A stretch of DNA of 64,000 bases from Lachnospiraceae bacterium. Its GTDB lineage: Bacteria; Bacillota; Clostridia; Lachnospirales; Lachnospiraceae. Within the stretch, counting starts at the first letter, position 1. Each line of letters opens with the position of its first letter. Made by a program: the position numbers and the translations under genes. The notes beneath the pieces are model-generated. The model saw only the letters and a program-made list of their open reading frames with translations. It did not search any database and had not been told where the DNA came from. Where the stretch lies: assembly GCA_017427415.1 (NCBI GenBank), contig JAFRSU010000086.1, forward strand, positions 12,547 to 76,546, written 5' to 3'. Shown one piece after another: positions 37,001-45,935 of this stretch.

Positions 37001-37283
37001 AGGCGGAACAGGTCTTAATCTGATCGGTGCTGATACCGTCATACATTACGATCCCTGGTGGAATCCCGCTGTGGAGGACCAGGCTACTGACCGTGCATAC
37101 CGTATCGGGCAGACTAATGACGTATATGTACTGAAGCTTCTGACCCGCGGTACCATAGAAGAAAAGATATACAGACTTCAGCAGAAGAAAAAAGAACTGC
37201 TTGATTCAGTTATCACATCGAACGGTGTGTTCATAGATTCACTGACCAAGCAGGAGCTTGAAGATATATTTACTTATAATTGA
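34053..37283 (+). CDS. SWIM zinc-finger / SNF2-family helicase
   Basis: SWIM motif CNCASSAKNMEKGACKHV. SNF2 motifs LADDMGLGKT, DEAQFIKN and TGTPIEN. Helicase-C motifs SLKAGGTGLNL and QATDRAYRIGQ. Confidence 0.9.
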   Translation: MQELSRQIIKNLSADDITYHRGIYLYRNSQVKNISVVKTTGQMRITVNDVFDYKVTINDQPDGTIEYTCNCASSAKNMEKGACKHVVAGLFALLKVQERDKLMQLPNPEDRRACSVLDFFQAQEDMIFPKSVFHIEPIITVPEILEKQGTCAYLSIKAGHDKLYKVQTIKKFLTDYIKQNDITLGKDFVFVYRECEFDKSSQNLLDFMLESYQVFGMDESLDSKKIFYKASMSITQPLLMRLLKLLGKNTFTLNLYGKNYENVRVFKENPNIKYDLDIVDDTIMFDYRDKESVLPLSKNGDLIYYNGAVFIPTLAFKRNYAPFFNALGPDKPALYFRNENKQRFLVEVLPKIGDSMDIDIPEELQDRYISPDLKTSIYFDRYNNGIKAEVHYTYGDFEFGSFDNPNSDYYIIIRKKDLEDKICNTLENYGFEARSSFYLLKSESAIYDFLSSDKTDLLSQADLYYSEDFKKLKIRNGSNFSIGLRVSSKMDLLEMNFDFENMTNDELKSLFRALKVKKKYYRMYDGSFINLENGDMERLSNILDNLGVTSKNIDETGIKLSKSNSFYLNEALEKSGFKVNKNKEFVELIDRIANSETLDYELPDGINAELRNYQVTGFKWMMNLSSNSLGGILADDMGLGKTLQAICYIAGRKRDDGSAGEQQRFLIVCPSSIIYNWLDEINNFAPGLKCVVVAGTPQERRKLIESGDEYDILITSYPLMRRDVQFYRKIFFNTIFLDEAQFIKNAASLNAQSVKLLNASHRFALTGTPIENSLSELWSLFDYIMPNFLMTHPRFTMRFEKPIINGDETAVADLNSRIRPFILRRMKKDVLNDLPDKLEDKMLTDMTEEQTKVYLAYMNELKSDIFGEIQENGIEKSRIKILAALTRLRQICCHPSTFLTNYKGGSGKLDLLMQQLTNAIANGHRTIVFSQFTGMLDIIKKECNARTIEFFYLDGSTPPKERLEMAKQFNDGKGEVFLISLKAGGTGLNLIGADTVIHYDPWWNPAVEDQATDRAYRIGQTNDVYVLKLLTRGTIEEKIYRLQQKKKELLDSVITSNGVFIDSLTKQELEDIFTYN

Positions 37284-37286
37284 TAT

Positions 37287-37580
37287 TTAAGATTCATTGT
37301 TTAAACGTTTAAAAACCATATCATAGCCGTCGTTGCCGTAATTAAGAGAACGGTTAACACGGCTTATGGTAGCTGTGGAAGCACCTGTTTTTTCGGCAAT
37401 CTCAAGGTAAGTTTTGCCGGAACGGAGCATGGCAGCCACTTCAAAACGCTGGGAGAGTGACAATATCTCATTTATGGTACATACATCTTCAAAGAATGTG
37501 TAGCACTCATCGCGGTCTTTAAGGCTAAGTATTGCATCAAACAGATAATCAACTGCTTCGGTATGAAGTTTCATGTTCAT
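37287..37580 (-). CDS. YerC/YecD TrpR-like DNA-binding protein
   Basis: LSQRFEVAAMLRSGKTYLEIAEKTGASTATISRVNRSL. Confidence 0.8.
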   Translation of the reverse strand: MNMKLHTEAVDYLFDAILSLKDRDECYTFFEDVCTINEILSLSQRFEVAAMLRSGKTYLEIAEKTGASTATISRVNRSLNYGNDGYDMVFKRLNNES

Positions 37581-37755
37581 GGTCTGATACGGGCAAGTAT
37601 TGCTTGCTTTCTCCTTATGATAGAATGATGTTTCCTAAATATAGTATTGGTTTATCAATATATTTCTTTTGTATTTTTATACATTAAAATTTTACTACAT
37701 TAAAGAATTAAAGTCAATATGTTTTTAATGTAGTTTGGAGGATATTTTTATTAAG

Positions 37756-39210
37756 ATGGAAAAGTTGAAAAAAGGACTTGATCATATAGGAAAAGTCATA
37801 AGGTCGGTATATCCGAATAAAGGCGTGGTCGAGTGTGAAGGTGAAAAGATAGCGGTAAAAGGAGTACTCGAAGGACAGACTGTAAAATTCAGACTGTCAA
37901 AGGTACGAAACGGAAGATGCGAAGGAAAACTCGTAGAAGTGATCGAAAGATCGCCGCTTGAGACCGAAGCTCCTTTCTGCCCCCATTTCGGATTATGCGG
38001 AGGCTGTACATATCAGCATCTTACATATGACAATCTGTTAAAGCTTAAAGCCGAACAGGTAAAAGGAATACTTGACGGATGCCTTGATTACGATTATGAA
38101 TTTATGGGCATAGCTGCAAGTCCCAATGAAAAAGCATACAGAAACAAAATGGAGTTTTCATTCGGAGACTCATGCAAGGACGGAGAGCTTACTTTGGGTC
38201 TGCACAAATCCGGCAGTTTTTATGATATATTGCAGATCACGGACTGTAAGATCGTAAACGAAGACTATAATACCATTGTAAAATATGTTGTTGAACTCTG
38301 CAGAAAATGGAAGCTTGATTACTGCCACAAGATGTCACATATCGGATATTTGCGGCATCTGCTTATAAGACGTGCGGCTACGACAGGCGAGATACTTGTC
38401 AATCTCGTTACCACTTCACAGTGGCCCGGAAGGGTCATGATCCCCAATACCGAAAACAGCGAGATCATCGACAATCCCGAAAGAGCCGATGTGGTATATG
38501 ACGACGATGAAGCCGTATTTTTGCATGAATTAAAAGACGGTATGCTTGACCTTAACTTAAACGGAAGCATAGTAGGACTGCTTCATTCGATAAATGACGA
38601 TCCCGCTGACGCAGTAAAGGCTGACAGGATAGATATCCTTAAAGGTAAGGATTTCTTTTTTGAAGAGATACTCGGACAGATATTTAAGATTACCACTTTC
38701 AGCTTTTTCCAGACCAATTCTTTTGGAGCCGAAGTACTGTATTCGATAGTAAGGGATTTTGTCGGGAATACAAAGGATAAAAATGTATTTGACTTGTACT
38801 CCGGTACCGGTACCATAGCACAGATCATCGCACCCGTAGCAAAAAGTGTGACCGGTGTCGAGATAGTACCCGAGGCTGTAGAATCCGCCAAGATGAATGC
38901 TTCTTTGAACGGTCTTGATAATTGTGAGTTTATATGCGGAGATGTTTTAAAAGTACTTGATGATATAAAGGAAAAGCCTGATCTGATAGTACTTGACCCT
39001 CCCAGAGAAGGCATACATCCCAAAGCACTTAACAAGATCATCAATTACGGCGTAGACAGGATAGTATATGTATCCTGTAAGCCTACAAGCCTTGCGAGAG
39101 ACCTTGAGATACTTAATGCAAGCGGATATAAGGTCGAAAAAGTAAAGTGCTGCGATATGTTTCCGTGGACGGTGCATGTTGAGACGGTTTGTCTTTTATC
39201 CAAGGTATGA
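37756..39210 (+). CDS. 23S rRNA (uracil-5-)-methyltransferase, RlmD/RumA family
   Basis: TRAM domain, Cys cluster CPHFGLCGGCTYQH, FFQTN, DLYSGTGT and DPPREG. The start is ATG 37756 or TTG 37735. Confidence 0.85.
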   Translation: MEKLKKGLDHIGKVIRSVYPNKGVVECEGEKIAVKGVLEGQTVKFRLSKVRNGRCEGKLVEVIERSPLETEAPFCPHFGLCGGCTYQHLTYDNLLKLKAEQVKGILDGCLDYDYEFMGIAASPNEKAYRNKMEFSFGDSCKDGELTLGLHKSGSFYDILQITDCKIVNEDYNTIVKYVVELCRKWKLDYCHKMSHIGYLRHLLIRRAATTGEILVNLVTTSQWPGRVMIPNTENSEIIDNPERADVVYDDDEAVFLHELKDGMLDLNLNGSIVGLLHSINDDPADAVKADRIDILKGKDFFFEEILGQIFKITTFSFFQTNSFGAEVLYSIVRDFVGNTKDKNVFDLYSGTGTIAQIIAPVAKSVTGVEIVPEAVESAKMNASLNGLDNCEFICGDVLKVLDDIKEKPDLIVLDPPREGIHPKALNKIINYGVDRIVYVSCKPTSLARDLEILNASGYKVEKVKCCDMFPWTVHVETVCLLSKV

Positions 39211-39354
39211 CTTAAAATTTAAGGAAATCCGACAAATATTTTACGAACAAATCACAGAAAAACTGAATAGAATATTACATTTGAAAATGCTATAATTGTA
39301 AAGATAAGAGAGTTTTTTGGGGTATAAAGTATAGTCAAATCAAAAGGAGATTAT

Positions 39355-41568
39355 ATGGATTCTGCAAAAAGCACAAAAAGCGTACAAAGCAAAAGAAACA
39401 GCGGACTGCTTAAGGCTTTGCTTCTGGTACTTGCCGGGCTTGCAATTAATCTGTTTTTTTCAAATCTGACAAAAATACTGGAGCTTCCGCTTTATATTGA
39501 TAATGTCGGCGTAATAATATCTTCGGTCATGGGAGGTTATATACCGGGTATCACTACCGGTTATCTCACCAATGCAATAAACGGCATCAGTGATTCCTCA
39601 AGCTATTATTACGGTACTTTGAGTGTGATCAATGCAGTTATAGCTGCTTACGGAGCTCACAGAGGCTGGTTCAAGAAATTTCATACCATAATCCTGACCA
39701 TAATCCTGTTTACCATTTCAGGCGGTGTATTGGGATCGATCCTTACATGGATGCTGTATGGATTTGATTATGAAAGTGCAAAGATATTTGCAAAGAATTT
39801 TTATGACGGCGGCATGTCGCCTTTTATGGCACAGTTCTGTTCGGATGTATTATATGATGTTATAGATAAGACCGTCACTGTTATTCTGGTTCTTATATTG
39901 CTCAAGCTCAGTGATATTCTGTTCGGATTAAAGAAAGTGGATTTTTCGTTCTGGCATCAGAACGTCTTAAACGAAGAACAGATAAAGGCTGTAAAAAAGA
40001 GCAAAGCCAGAAAGAATTCCTTAAGACAGAAGGTCCTCATCCTTGTATCCATTGTTATGTTGGTAGTAGCGCTTGTTACTGCAGGCATAAGCTTCCTTTT
40101 GTTCCGTGGTAAACTGATAGATGATAACATGGATATGGGTACGGGTATCACTAATATAACAGCCGAGCTCTTAGATACAGGAAAGATCGGTTATTATATA
40201 AACAGGAATTATAAGGACGACGAATATAAGATGATACTTTCCTCCATGGAACGTATTGCAAGAAGCCATGGGGATATAAAGTATGTATATGTAGTAAGGA
40301 TGACACCTTCCGGATATGAAGCTGTATTTGATGCGGATATTGGTGATGAAAACCACTGGAAACCCGGACAGATCATACCTTTCCAGGAACATTTCGAGCC
40401 TTATATACATGATGCCTTAAGAGGTGAAGAAATACCTCCGATCATCATGGACGATGAGTATGGCTGGCTTCTTTCGATATTCAGGCCAGTTAAGAACGAG
40501 ATGGGGGATACTGTATGTTACTCGTGCGTAGACATAAGGATGAGCCATCTGCTTGACGATGAAAAGAATTTCCTTGCAAAAGTAATTTCACTGTTTATAG
40601 GCTTCTTTATCATGGTACTTGCCATATTCTTATGGCTTACCGATTATTGTCTGGTATACCCGATAAATGCCATATCCTTAACCTCGAGAAATCTGGCGGA
40701 TAAGCTGGGCGGAGGTGAAGAAGAAGGCGCCGAAAAGATACGGAACCTTGATATAAGTACCGGAGACGAGATAGAGACTCTGTACCTTGCCATCACCAAG
40801 ATGAGCAGCGAGATAGTTCAGAAGGTCGCTGATATCGAGGAGCAGAAGGATACGATCAATAATATGCAGAATGCTCTTATCCAGGTTCTTGCCAATATGG
40901 TAGAGAACCGTGATAAGTTCACCGGTAACCATGTAAAGAATACGGCTGCATATGCAAAGATCATACTCGAGGAATTAAAGAAGCAGGATAAATATAAAGA
41001 TATCATCACGGATGATTATGAATATACCATCATCAATTCCGCTCCTTTACATGATGTAGGAAAGATCAATGTTCCGGACTCACTGCTTAATAAGAACGGC
41101 AGGCTTACCGATGAAGAGTTTAAGCAGATGCAGAATCATACACTGGCCGGTCAGAACATCATAGATGAAGCAGCAAATATGGTTAAGGATTCTGCTTATC
41201 TTCAGGAAGCAAAGAACCTGGCTGCTTACCATCATGAAAAATGGAACGGTACCGGTTATCCTTACGGACTTAAAGGAGAAGATATACCTTTGTCTGCAAG
41301 GATCATGGCAGTAGCCGATGTATTTGATGCTCTTGTATCACGCAGAAGCTATAAGCCCGGATTCCCTATTGAAAAGGCACTTGATATCATACGTGAAGGT
41401 TCGGGTACTCATTTTGATCCCGAGATAGCCGAGACATTCCTTAAGGCAGAAAAGGATGTAAGACGTGTAGCTCAGGAGAACTACGAAAGGGATAATCCCG
41501 ATGAGGCTAACAGTGCAGGAGATACTGCCAAAACAGAAGGATCGGGAGAGAATACAGAAAAGAAATAA
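39355..41568 (+). CDS. multi-pass membrane sensor with C-terminal HD-GYP phosphodiesterase domain
   Basis: About 5 TM helices, then a TM-flanked extracytoplasmic region and a coiled linker. HD-GYP motifs HDVGK, HHEKWNGTGYP and DVFDAL. Confidence 0.85.
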   Translation: MDSAKSTKSVQSKRNSGLLKALLLVLAGLAINLFFSNLTKILELPLYIDNVGVIISSVMGGYIPGITTGYLTNAINGISDSSSYYYGTLSVINAVIAAYGAHRGWFKKFHTIILTIILFTISGGVLGSILTWMLYGFDYESAKIFAKNFYDGGMSPFMAQFCSDVLYDVIDKTVTVILVLILLKLSDILFGLKKVDFSFWHQNVLNEEQIKAVKKSKARKNSLRQKVLILVSIVMLVVALVTAGISFLLFRGKLIDDNMDMGTGITNITAELLDTGKIGYYINRNYKDDEYKMILSSMERIARSHGDIKYVYVVRMTPSGYEAVFDADIGDENHWKPGQIIPFQEHFEPYIHDALRGEEIPPIIMDDEYGWLLSIFRPVKNEMGDTVCYSCVDIRMSHLLDDEKNFLAKVISLFIGFFIMVLAIFLWLTDYCLVYPINAISLTSRNLADKLGGGEEEGAEKIRNLDISTGDEIETLYLAITKMSSEIVQKVADIEEQKDTINNMQNALIQVLANMVENRDKFTGNHVKNTAAYAKIILEELKKQDKYKDIITDDYEYTIINSAPLHDVGKINVPDSLLNKNGRLTDEEFKQMQNHTLAGQNIIDEAANMVKDSAYLQEAKNLAAYHHEKWNGTGYPYGLKGEDIPLSARIMAVADVFDALVSRRSYKPGFPIEKALDIIREGSGTHFDPEIAETFLKAEKDVRRVAQENYERDNPDEANSAGDTAKTEGSGENTEKK

Positions 41569-41585
41569 ACTGAAAGGATAAAACG

Positions 41586-42707
41586 ATGTCTAAAGTTATA
41601 GTCGGTCTTTCCGGCGGTGTTGACAGTGCTGTGGCTGCATACCTGCTCAAAAAAGAAGGTCATGAAGTGATCGGAGTGATGCTAAGGACCTGGAGCAGTA
41701 CAGACGAAGATGATCCTGACGGATCAGGGGAACTCGTAGAGCAGAACAAATGCTGTGAGATTGATGACGCCAGAGAGGTCGCTTATAAGCTGGGGATTGA
41801 GTTTTATCCTTTTAATTGTGTTAGAGAGTTTTACGGTAAAGTAATTGAGCCGTTTGTAAATGAATATACCTTGGGCAGGACACCAAATCCCTGTATAGAG
41901 TGCAACCGGTATGTCAAATTCGAGAAGCTTTTGTATCTGGCCGATATACTTAAAGCAGACTATATAGCTACAGGGCATTATGCAAAATTAAAGAAGCTTC
42001 CTAACGGAAGATATACAGTACAAAAGTCCGATGCAGCAAAAAAAGACCAGACTTACATGTTGTATAAGCTCAGTCAGGAACAGTTGTCACGTATCATATT
42101 CCCGTTAGGAGAATTGAGTAAGGAAAAAGTACGTGAGATAGCCAAGGAAGCAGGTATACCGGTCGCAGAGAAAAAGGATTCACAGGAAATATGCTTTATC
42201 CCTGATGACGATTATGCCGGGTATATAAGGAGGCATGTTGAAAAGCAGCCGGAGGACATTTCAAATAAATACGGTTTTGAAAAAGAAGGCGATTTCGTCG
42301 ATAAGGACGGAAAAGTCTTAGGAAATCATAAAGGGATAATCCATTATACCATAGGACAGAGAAAGGGACTTAATCTTGCTATGGGGCATCCTGTATATGT
42401 AACAAAGCTCGACACGGACAGCAACAAAGTAGTGATCGGAGACGAAGAGGACCTGTACTCATCCGTTGTATATGTGAAGGATTATAATTTTTTAAAGTTT
42501 CCTGATATCGCTCCGGGAGAAAGTGTAAAGGGTATCGTAAAGATCAGATATCATCATCCGGGAGAAGAAGCGATGATAGAGAAAACTGAGGATGACAGGT
42601 TGAAGCTCACCTTTATAAATCCTGTAAAATCAGCCACTCCCGGGCAGTCGGCCGTGTTTTATGATGAGGACGGATGCGTTATCGGCGGCGGTATTATTGA
42701 TTTATAA
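41586..42707 (+). CDS. mnmA: tRNA 2-thiouridine(34) synthase
   Basis: VGLSGGVDSAVAAYLL PP-loop, NPCIECN, ATGHYA and DQTYML. Confidence 0.95.
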   Translation: MSKVIVGLSGGVDSAVAAYLLKKEGHEVIGVMLRTWSSTDEDDPDGSGELVEQNKCCEIDDAREVAYKLGIEFYPFNCVREFYGKVIEPFVNEYTLGRTPNPCIECNRYVKFEKLLYLADILKADYIATGHYAKLKKLPNGRYTVQKSDAAKKDQTYMLYKLSQEQLSRIIFPLGELSKEKVREIAKEAGIPVAEKKDSQEICFIPDDDYAGYIRRHVEKQPEDISNKYGFEKEGDFVDKDGKVLGNHKGIIHYTIGQRKGLNLAMGHPVYVTKLDTDSNKVVIGDEEDLYSSVVYVKDYNFLKFPDIAPGESVKGIVKIRYHHPGEEAMIEKTEDDRLKLTFINPVKSATPGQSAVFYDEDGCVIGGGIIDL

Positions 42708-42867
42708 ATAAATTTAGCAATAAGGGGATACTCTGAGCAAAAAGTGTATATGAATCGATTTAACGGTATGTTATAATTGATGTATAATCAATTTGGCATA
42801 TCGTTTTTTTATAGATGAAAACGGAATGTCTATAGTATCAAAATTAATTATGGGAGGGTTTACAAAC

Positions 42868-43950
42868 ATGAAAAAACAATGGCCTTTGGATACTGCGTTA
42901 TCCTACGATCCTTATTTTGGAGAGCCGAACCGTGACGGAGATCAGGGGTATGAGATACTGCCTGACGGAAAGGTATTGATCCATATCAAGGCCCCTAATG
43001 CAAAAGAAGTGGTGATCGATCAGTTCGGTACTATATTTAACTTTACCAAGATCAATGACGAGATATGGGAAGCTACAGTTGACTTAGGCAAAGGCTTTAA
43101 GTATTTCTTTATCAAGATAGACGGCAATGAAGTGCTCAATCCTTATCTGCCCATCGGATACGGATGCTGCCGTCCCATGAACTTCCTTGATATCCCCGTA
43201 CCGGGAGAAGAGGACTGGGATACTTTGGAAGGTATACCTCACGGCGGAGTTACACGTCAGTATTTTTACTCCACAGTTACTGAAAAGCTTGAAATCTGCC
43301 TGGTATATACACCTGCCAATTACGATCCAAATAAAAAATATCCCGTATTATACTTACAGCACGGATACGGTGAGAACGAGACCGGCTGGGTATATCAGGG
43401 ACATGCGGCACGTATAGCCGATAAGCTTATGTATGAGGGTAAGATGGAAGAGTGCCTTATCGTTATGGCATGCGGTATGACACAGTTCAAGGAACCCAAG
43501 ATGGTATTCCATGCATTTACCGATGTTATATTAAAAGACCTTATCCCTTATATAGAGAAGAAGTACAATGTACTGACCGATAAGTGGCACAGAGCGATGG
43601 CAGGACTTTCCATGGGAAGCTACCAGACCAGTATCGTTACCATGACCAATCCCGATCTGTTCAGTTATGTCGGTGTATTCTCCGGATTCATGAGTTTCCC
43701 GAGACCTGACGGAGCTAAGGAACCTCATCTTGATCTGCTCGAGGATAAAGATAAGTTCAATTCGAGCTTCAAGGTATTTTACCGTGCCATGGGTACGGAG
43801 GATAATTACTTTAAGAGCTTTGAGCATGATGATGCCATGCTCGAGGGCAAGGGATTAAATATCATAAGAGAGCTCTTCCCGGGTACTCATGACTGGAGTG
43901 TATGGAGAAGATGTATCCATTCGTTCTTCCCGAGGCTGTTCAAGGATTGA
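42868..43950 (+). CDS. esterase-family protein (esterase D/feruloyl-esterase-like) with N-terminal Ig-like module
   Basis: YPVLYLQHGYGENE and GLSMGS nucleophile elbow. GGGAGGG lies upstream of ATG 42868. Confidence 0.75.
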   Translation: MKKQWPLDTALSYDPYFGEPNRDGDQGYEILPDGKVLIHIKAPNAKEVVIDQFGTIFNFTKINDEIWEATVDLGKGFKYFFIKIDGNEVLNPYLPIGYGCCRPMNFLDIPVPGEEDWDTLEGIPHGGVTRQYFYSTVTEKLEICLVYTPANYDPNKKYPVLYLQHGYGENETGWVYQGHAARIADKLMYEGKMEECLIVMACGMTQFKEPKMVFHAFTDVILKDLIPYIEKKYNVLTDKWHRAMAGLSMGSYQTSIVTMTNPDLFSYVGVFSGFMSFPRPDGAKEPHLDLLEDKDKFNSSFKVFYRAMGTEDNYFKSFEHDDAMLEGKGLNIIRELFPGTHDWSVWRRCIHSFFPRLFKD

Positions 43951-44034
43951 TATTGCAAATATTTATATTTCTGTTATAATCTGTAAATGTGTTTGCTTTT
44001 AATAAAAACGATCATAACAGATGAGGTGAGAATT

Positions 44035-44709
44035 TTGAAATCAGCTAAAAAAATATTAATATTTATACTGTTTTTATTATTTTCGATAGCTATCACGATA
44101 GCAGTTCTTACAGTAGATGTAGCGGCTATAGGACCGAACGGCAGTGAAGTCGGGCTGTCCACGATAAATAACCGGTTCAGAGGCTTATTCAGTTTTGAAT
44201 CCGGACTCGGATATTCCAAGTTCTGGTATAACATCACACAGCTGATCGGATATTTCTGTCTGCTTGTATGTGTGTTCTGGGGATGTATCGGACTTTATCA
44301 ATTGATAAAAGAAAAAAATATAAACAAAGTGGATAAAAGCCTGATCGCGACCGGTGTGCTTTATGTATTGACGATTATCATGTATTTTGTATTTGAAAAA
44401 TGCATCGTAAACTACAGACCGGTCATAATGGAAGGCGAGACAGAGGTTGAAGCATCATTTCCTTCATCACATACCGTGCTTGTGATAGTTGTGATGGGAA
44501 GCACGTTTTTCCTGGTAAAGTATTTCTTGAAAGAAAAGGAAAACATGAAGAATGTGATCCTGCTGGTGCGTATCCTGTGTGTTGTCATAACACTGGTTAT
44601 GGTAGTAGGACGTCTGATATGCGGCGTACACTGGTTCTCCGATATCATAAGCGGAATACTTATAAGTGCAACACTTCTTTCGTTGTATTCTTTCTTTGCA
44701 GATGTTTGA
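44035..44709 (+). CDS. PAP2-family membrane phosphatase
   Basis: SFPSSHT and CGVHWFSDIISG motifs with multiple TM helices. The TTG 44035 start has GAGGTGAG upstream. ORF-track ATG 43987 is an alternative. Confidence 0.8.
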   Translation: MKSAKKILIFILFLLFSIAITIAVLTVDVAAIGPNGSEVGLSTINNRFRGLFSFESGLGYSKFWYNITQLIGYFCLLVCVFWGCIGLYQLIKEKNINKVDKSLIATGVLYVLTIIMYFVFEKCIVNYRPVIMEGETEVEASFPSSHTVLVIVVMGSTFFLVKYFLKEKENMKNVILLVRILCVVITLVMVVGRLICGVHWFSDIISGILISATLLSLYSFFADV

Positions 44710-44713
44710 ATAA

Positions 44714-44741
44714 GAAAAGCTCCCGTTTTCGGGAGCTTTTC
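44714..44741. terminator. bidirectional intrinsic terminator
   Basis: GAAAAGCTCCCG-TTTT-CGGGAGCTTTTC. Confidence 0.8.
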
Positions 44742-44795
44742 TTATGCTGTAAATATTGCTTGCTTATAAAATATTAATGTTACCTGACGCCTATA

Positions 44796-45752
44796 TTATT
44801 GTTTGTTTTCAGGATTGATAGGAGGCACATCTGCGATGGGAGATATCGGTACTTCATTAAATGAAGTGGTAGCTGCTTCCTGAACTTCGGTATTAACTTC
44901 GTTGAAGGATGTTACAGCCTGATCTGCCATATTTGAAGCATTCTGAACTGTGGACTGTGCAGCGGATTGAGCATTGTTTATAGCACCGGCAAATCTCGGA
45001 TCGTTCTGTATCCCGTAAGGGTTATATACACCCTGAGGTGCCTGAGCTTGAGCTGCATTCGGATCGTTGTTGAATGATACATTAGCGGGAGCCTGATAAT
45101 AATTGGAAGCTGCTAATGCCTTTCTGTTATCGCTGTCAATCTTGCCCTGCTTGATACCTAATATTACAAGAAGAAGACCGATGAGCACACCTGCTATAGC
45201 AGCACCCGATGCTATTAATGTGAAAGGCTTGGACTTACGCTTAAATACCAGTGCATCAGCATATCCGTCATCAACATAGTCCTGCATGTACTTTTTCTCG
45301 TCACTGCTGAATTTCTTCATTACACCGTCATATGTAATAAATGTCTGGGTAGGCCATTCAATCTCACCGTTAAAAAACTTCTCTGCGGCATTACAAGCAT
45401 TTTCCATTTTATTAAAATCTATTTTAGGTACATCGACAAGCACACAGAAGAAATCAAAATTATCTGACGTAGCATCAAAAAACGGAACCGGATAATATCT
45501 GCTGCTTTCACCCTGGTTCACACCGTTTTTAGTGGTATATACACCTATTTCTGCATTAAAAGACAGCTTTACGTTTAAAATCACATGGTCTCCGACTTTT
45601 AAGTTTTTAGCCTTATCTATGTCAGTGATACTGGTAAACTCAACGGGTGACTTAAGCAAGCTTATTGCATCTCCGCCTAACATAAAAAGTACCACAATCG
45701 CAATGATCATAATGACAAGACCGGTCTGGAACTTTCTGTTCATGTTATTCAT
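44796..45752 (-). CDS. two-TM membrane protein with Q/A/N-rich disordered C-terminus; function unknown
   Basis: Long ORF with TM helices near residues 10-30 and 180-200. I recognise no motif. Confidence 0.6.
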   Translation of the reverse strand: MNNMNRKFQTGLVIMIIAIVVLFMLGGDAISLLKSPVEFTSITDIDKAKNLKVGDHVILNVKLSFNAEIGVYTTKNGVNQGESSRYYPVPFFDATSDNFDFFCVLVDVPKIDFNKMENACNAAEKFFNGEIEWPTQTFITYDGVMKKFSSDEKKYMQDYVDDGYADALVFKRKSKPFTLIASGAAIAGVLIGLLLVILGIKQGKIDSDNRKALAASNYYQAPANVSFNNDPNAAQAQAPQGVYNPYGIQNDPRFAGAINNAQSAAQSTVQNASNMADQAVTSFNEVNTEVQEAATTSFNEVPISPIADVPPINPENKQ

Positions 45753-45847
45753 GATTCTTCTCCTTTATATTTGTAAATTGATTTACTATATGTGTTTTAT
45801 TAAATCATTTGTCATTGTTTATGTCAAGAATTTTTTTGAAAAACTCC

Positions 45848-45876
45848 TTGATTTAAACCTAAGTTTTTAGTATTAT
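45848..45876 (+). promoter_or_regulatory. candidate xylanase promoter
   Basis: TTGATT, 17 bp, TATTAT. Confidence 0.5.
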
Positions 45877-45935
45877 TTATATATTGGAGTGTATATCGTT
45901 TGATATTGATTTTTTATTAGTATGGGGTAGCAAAA

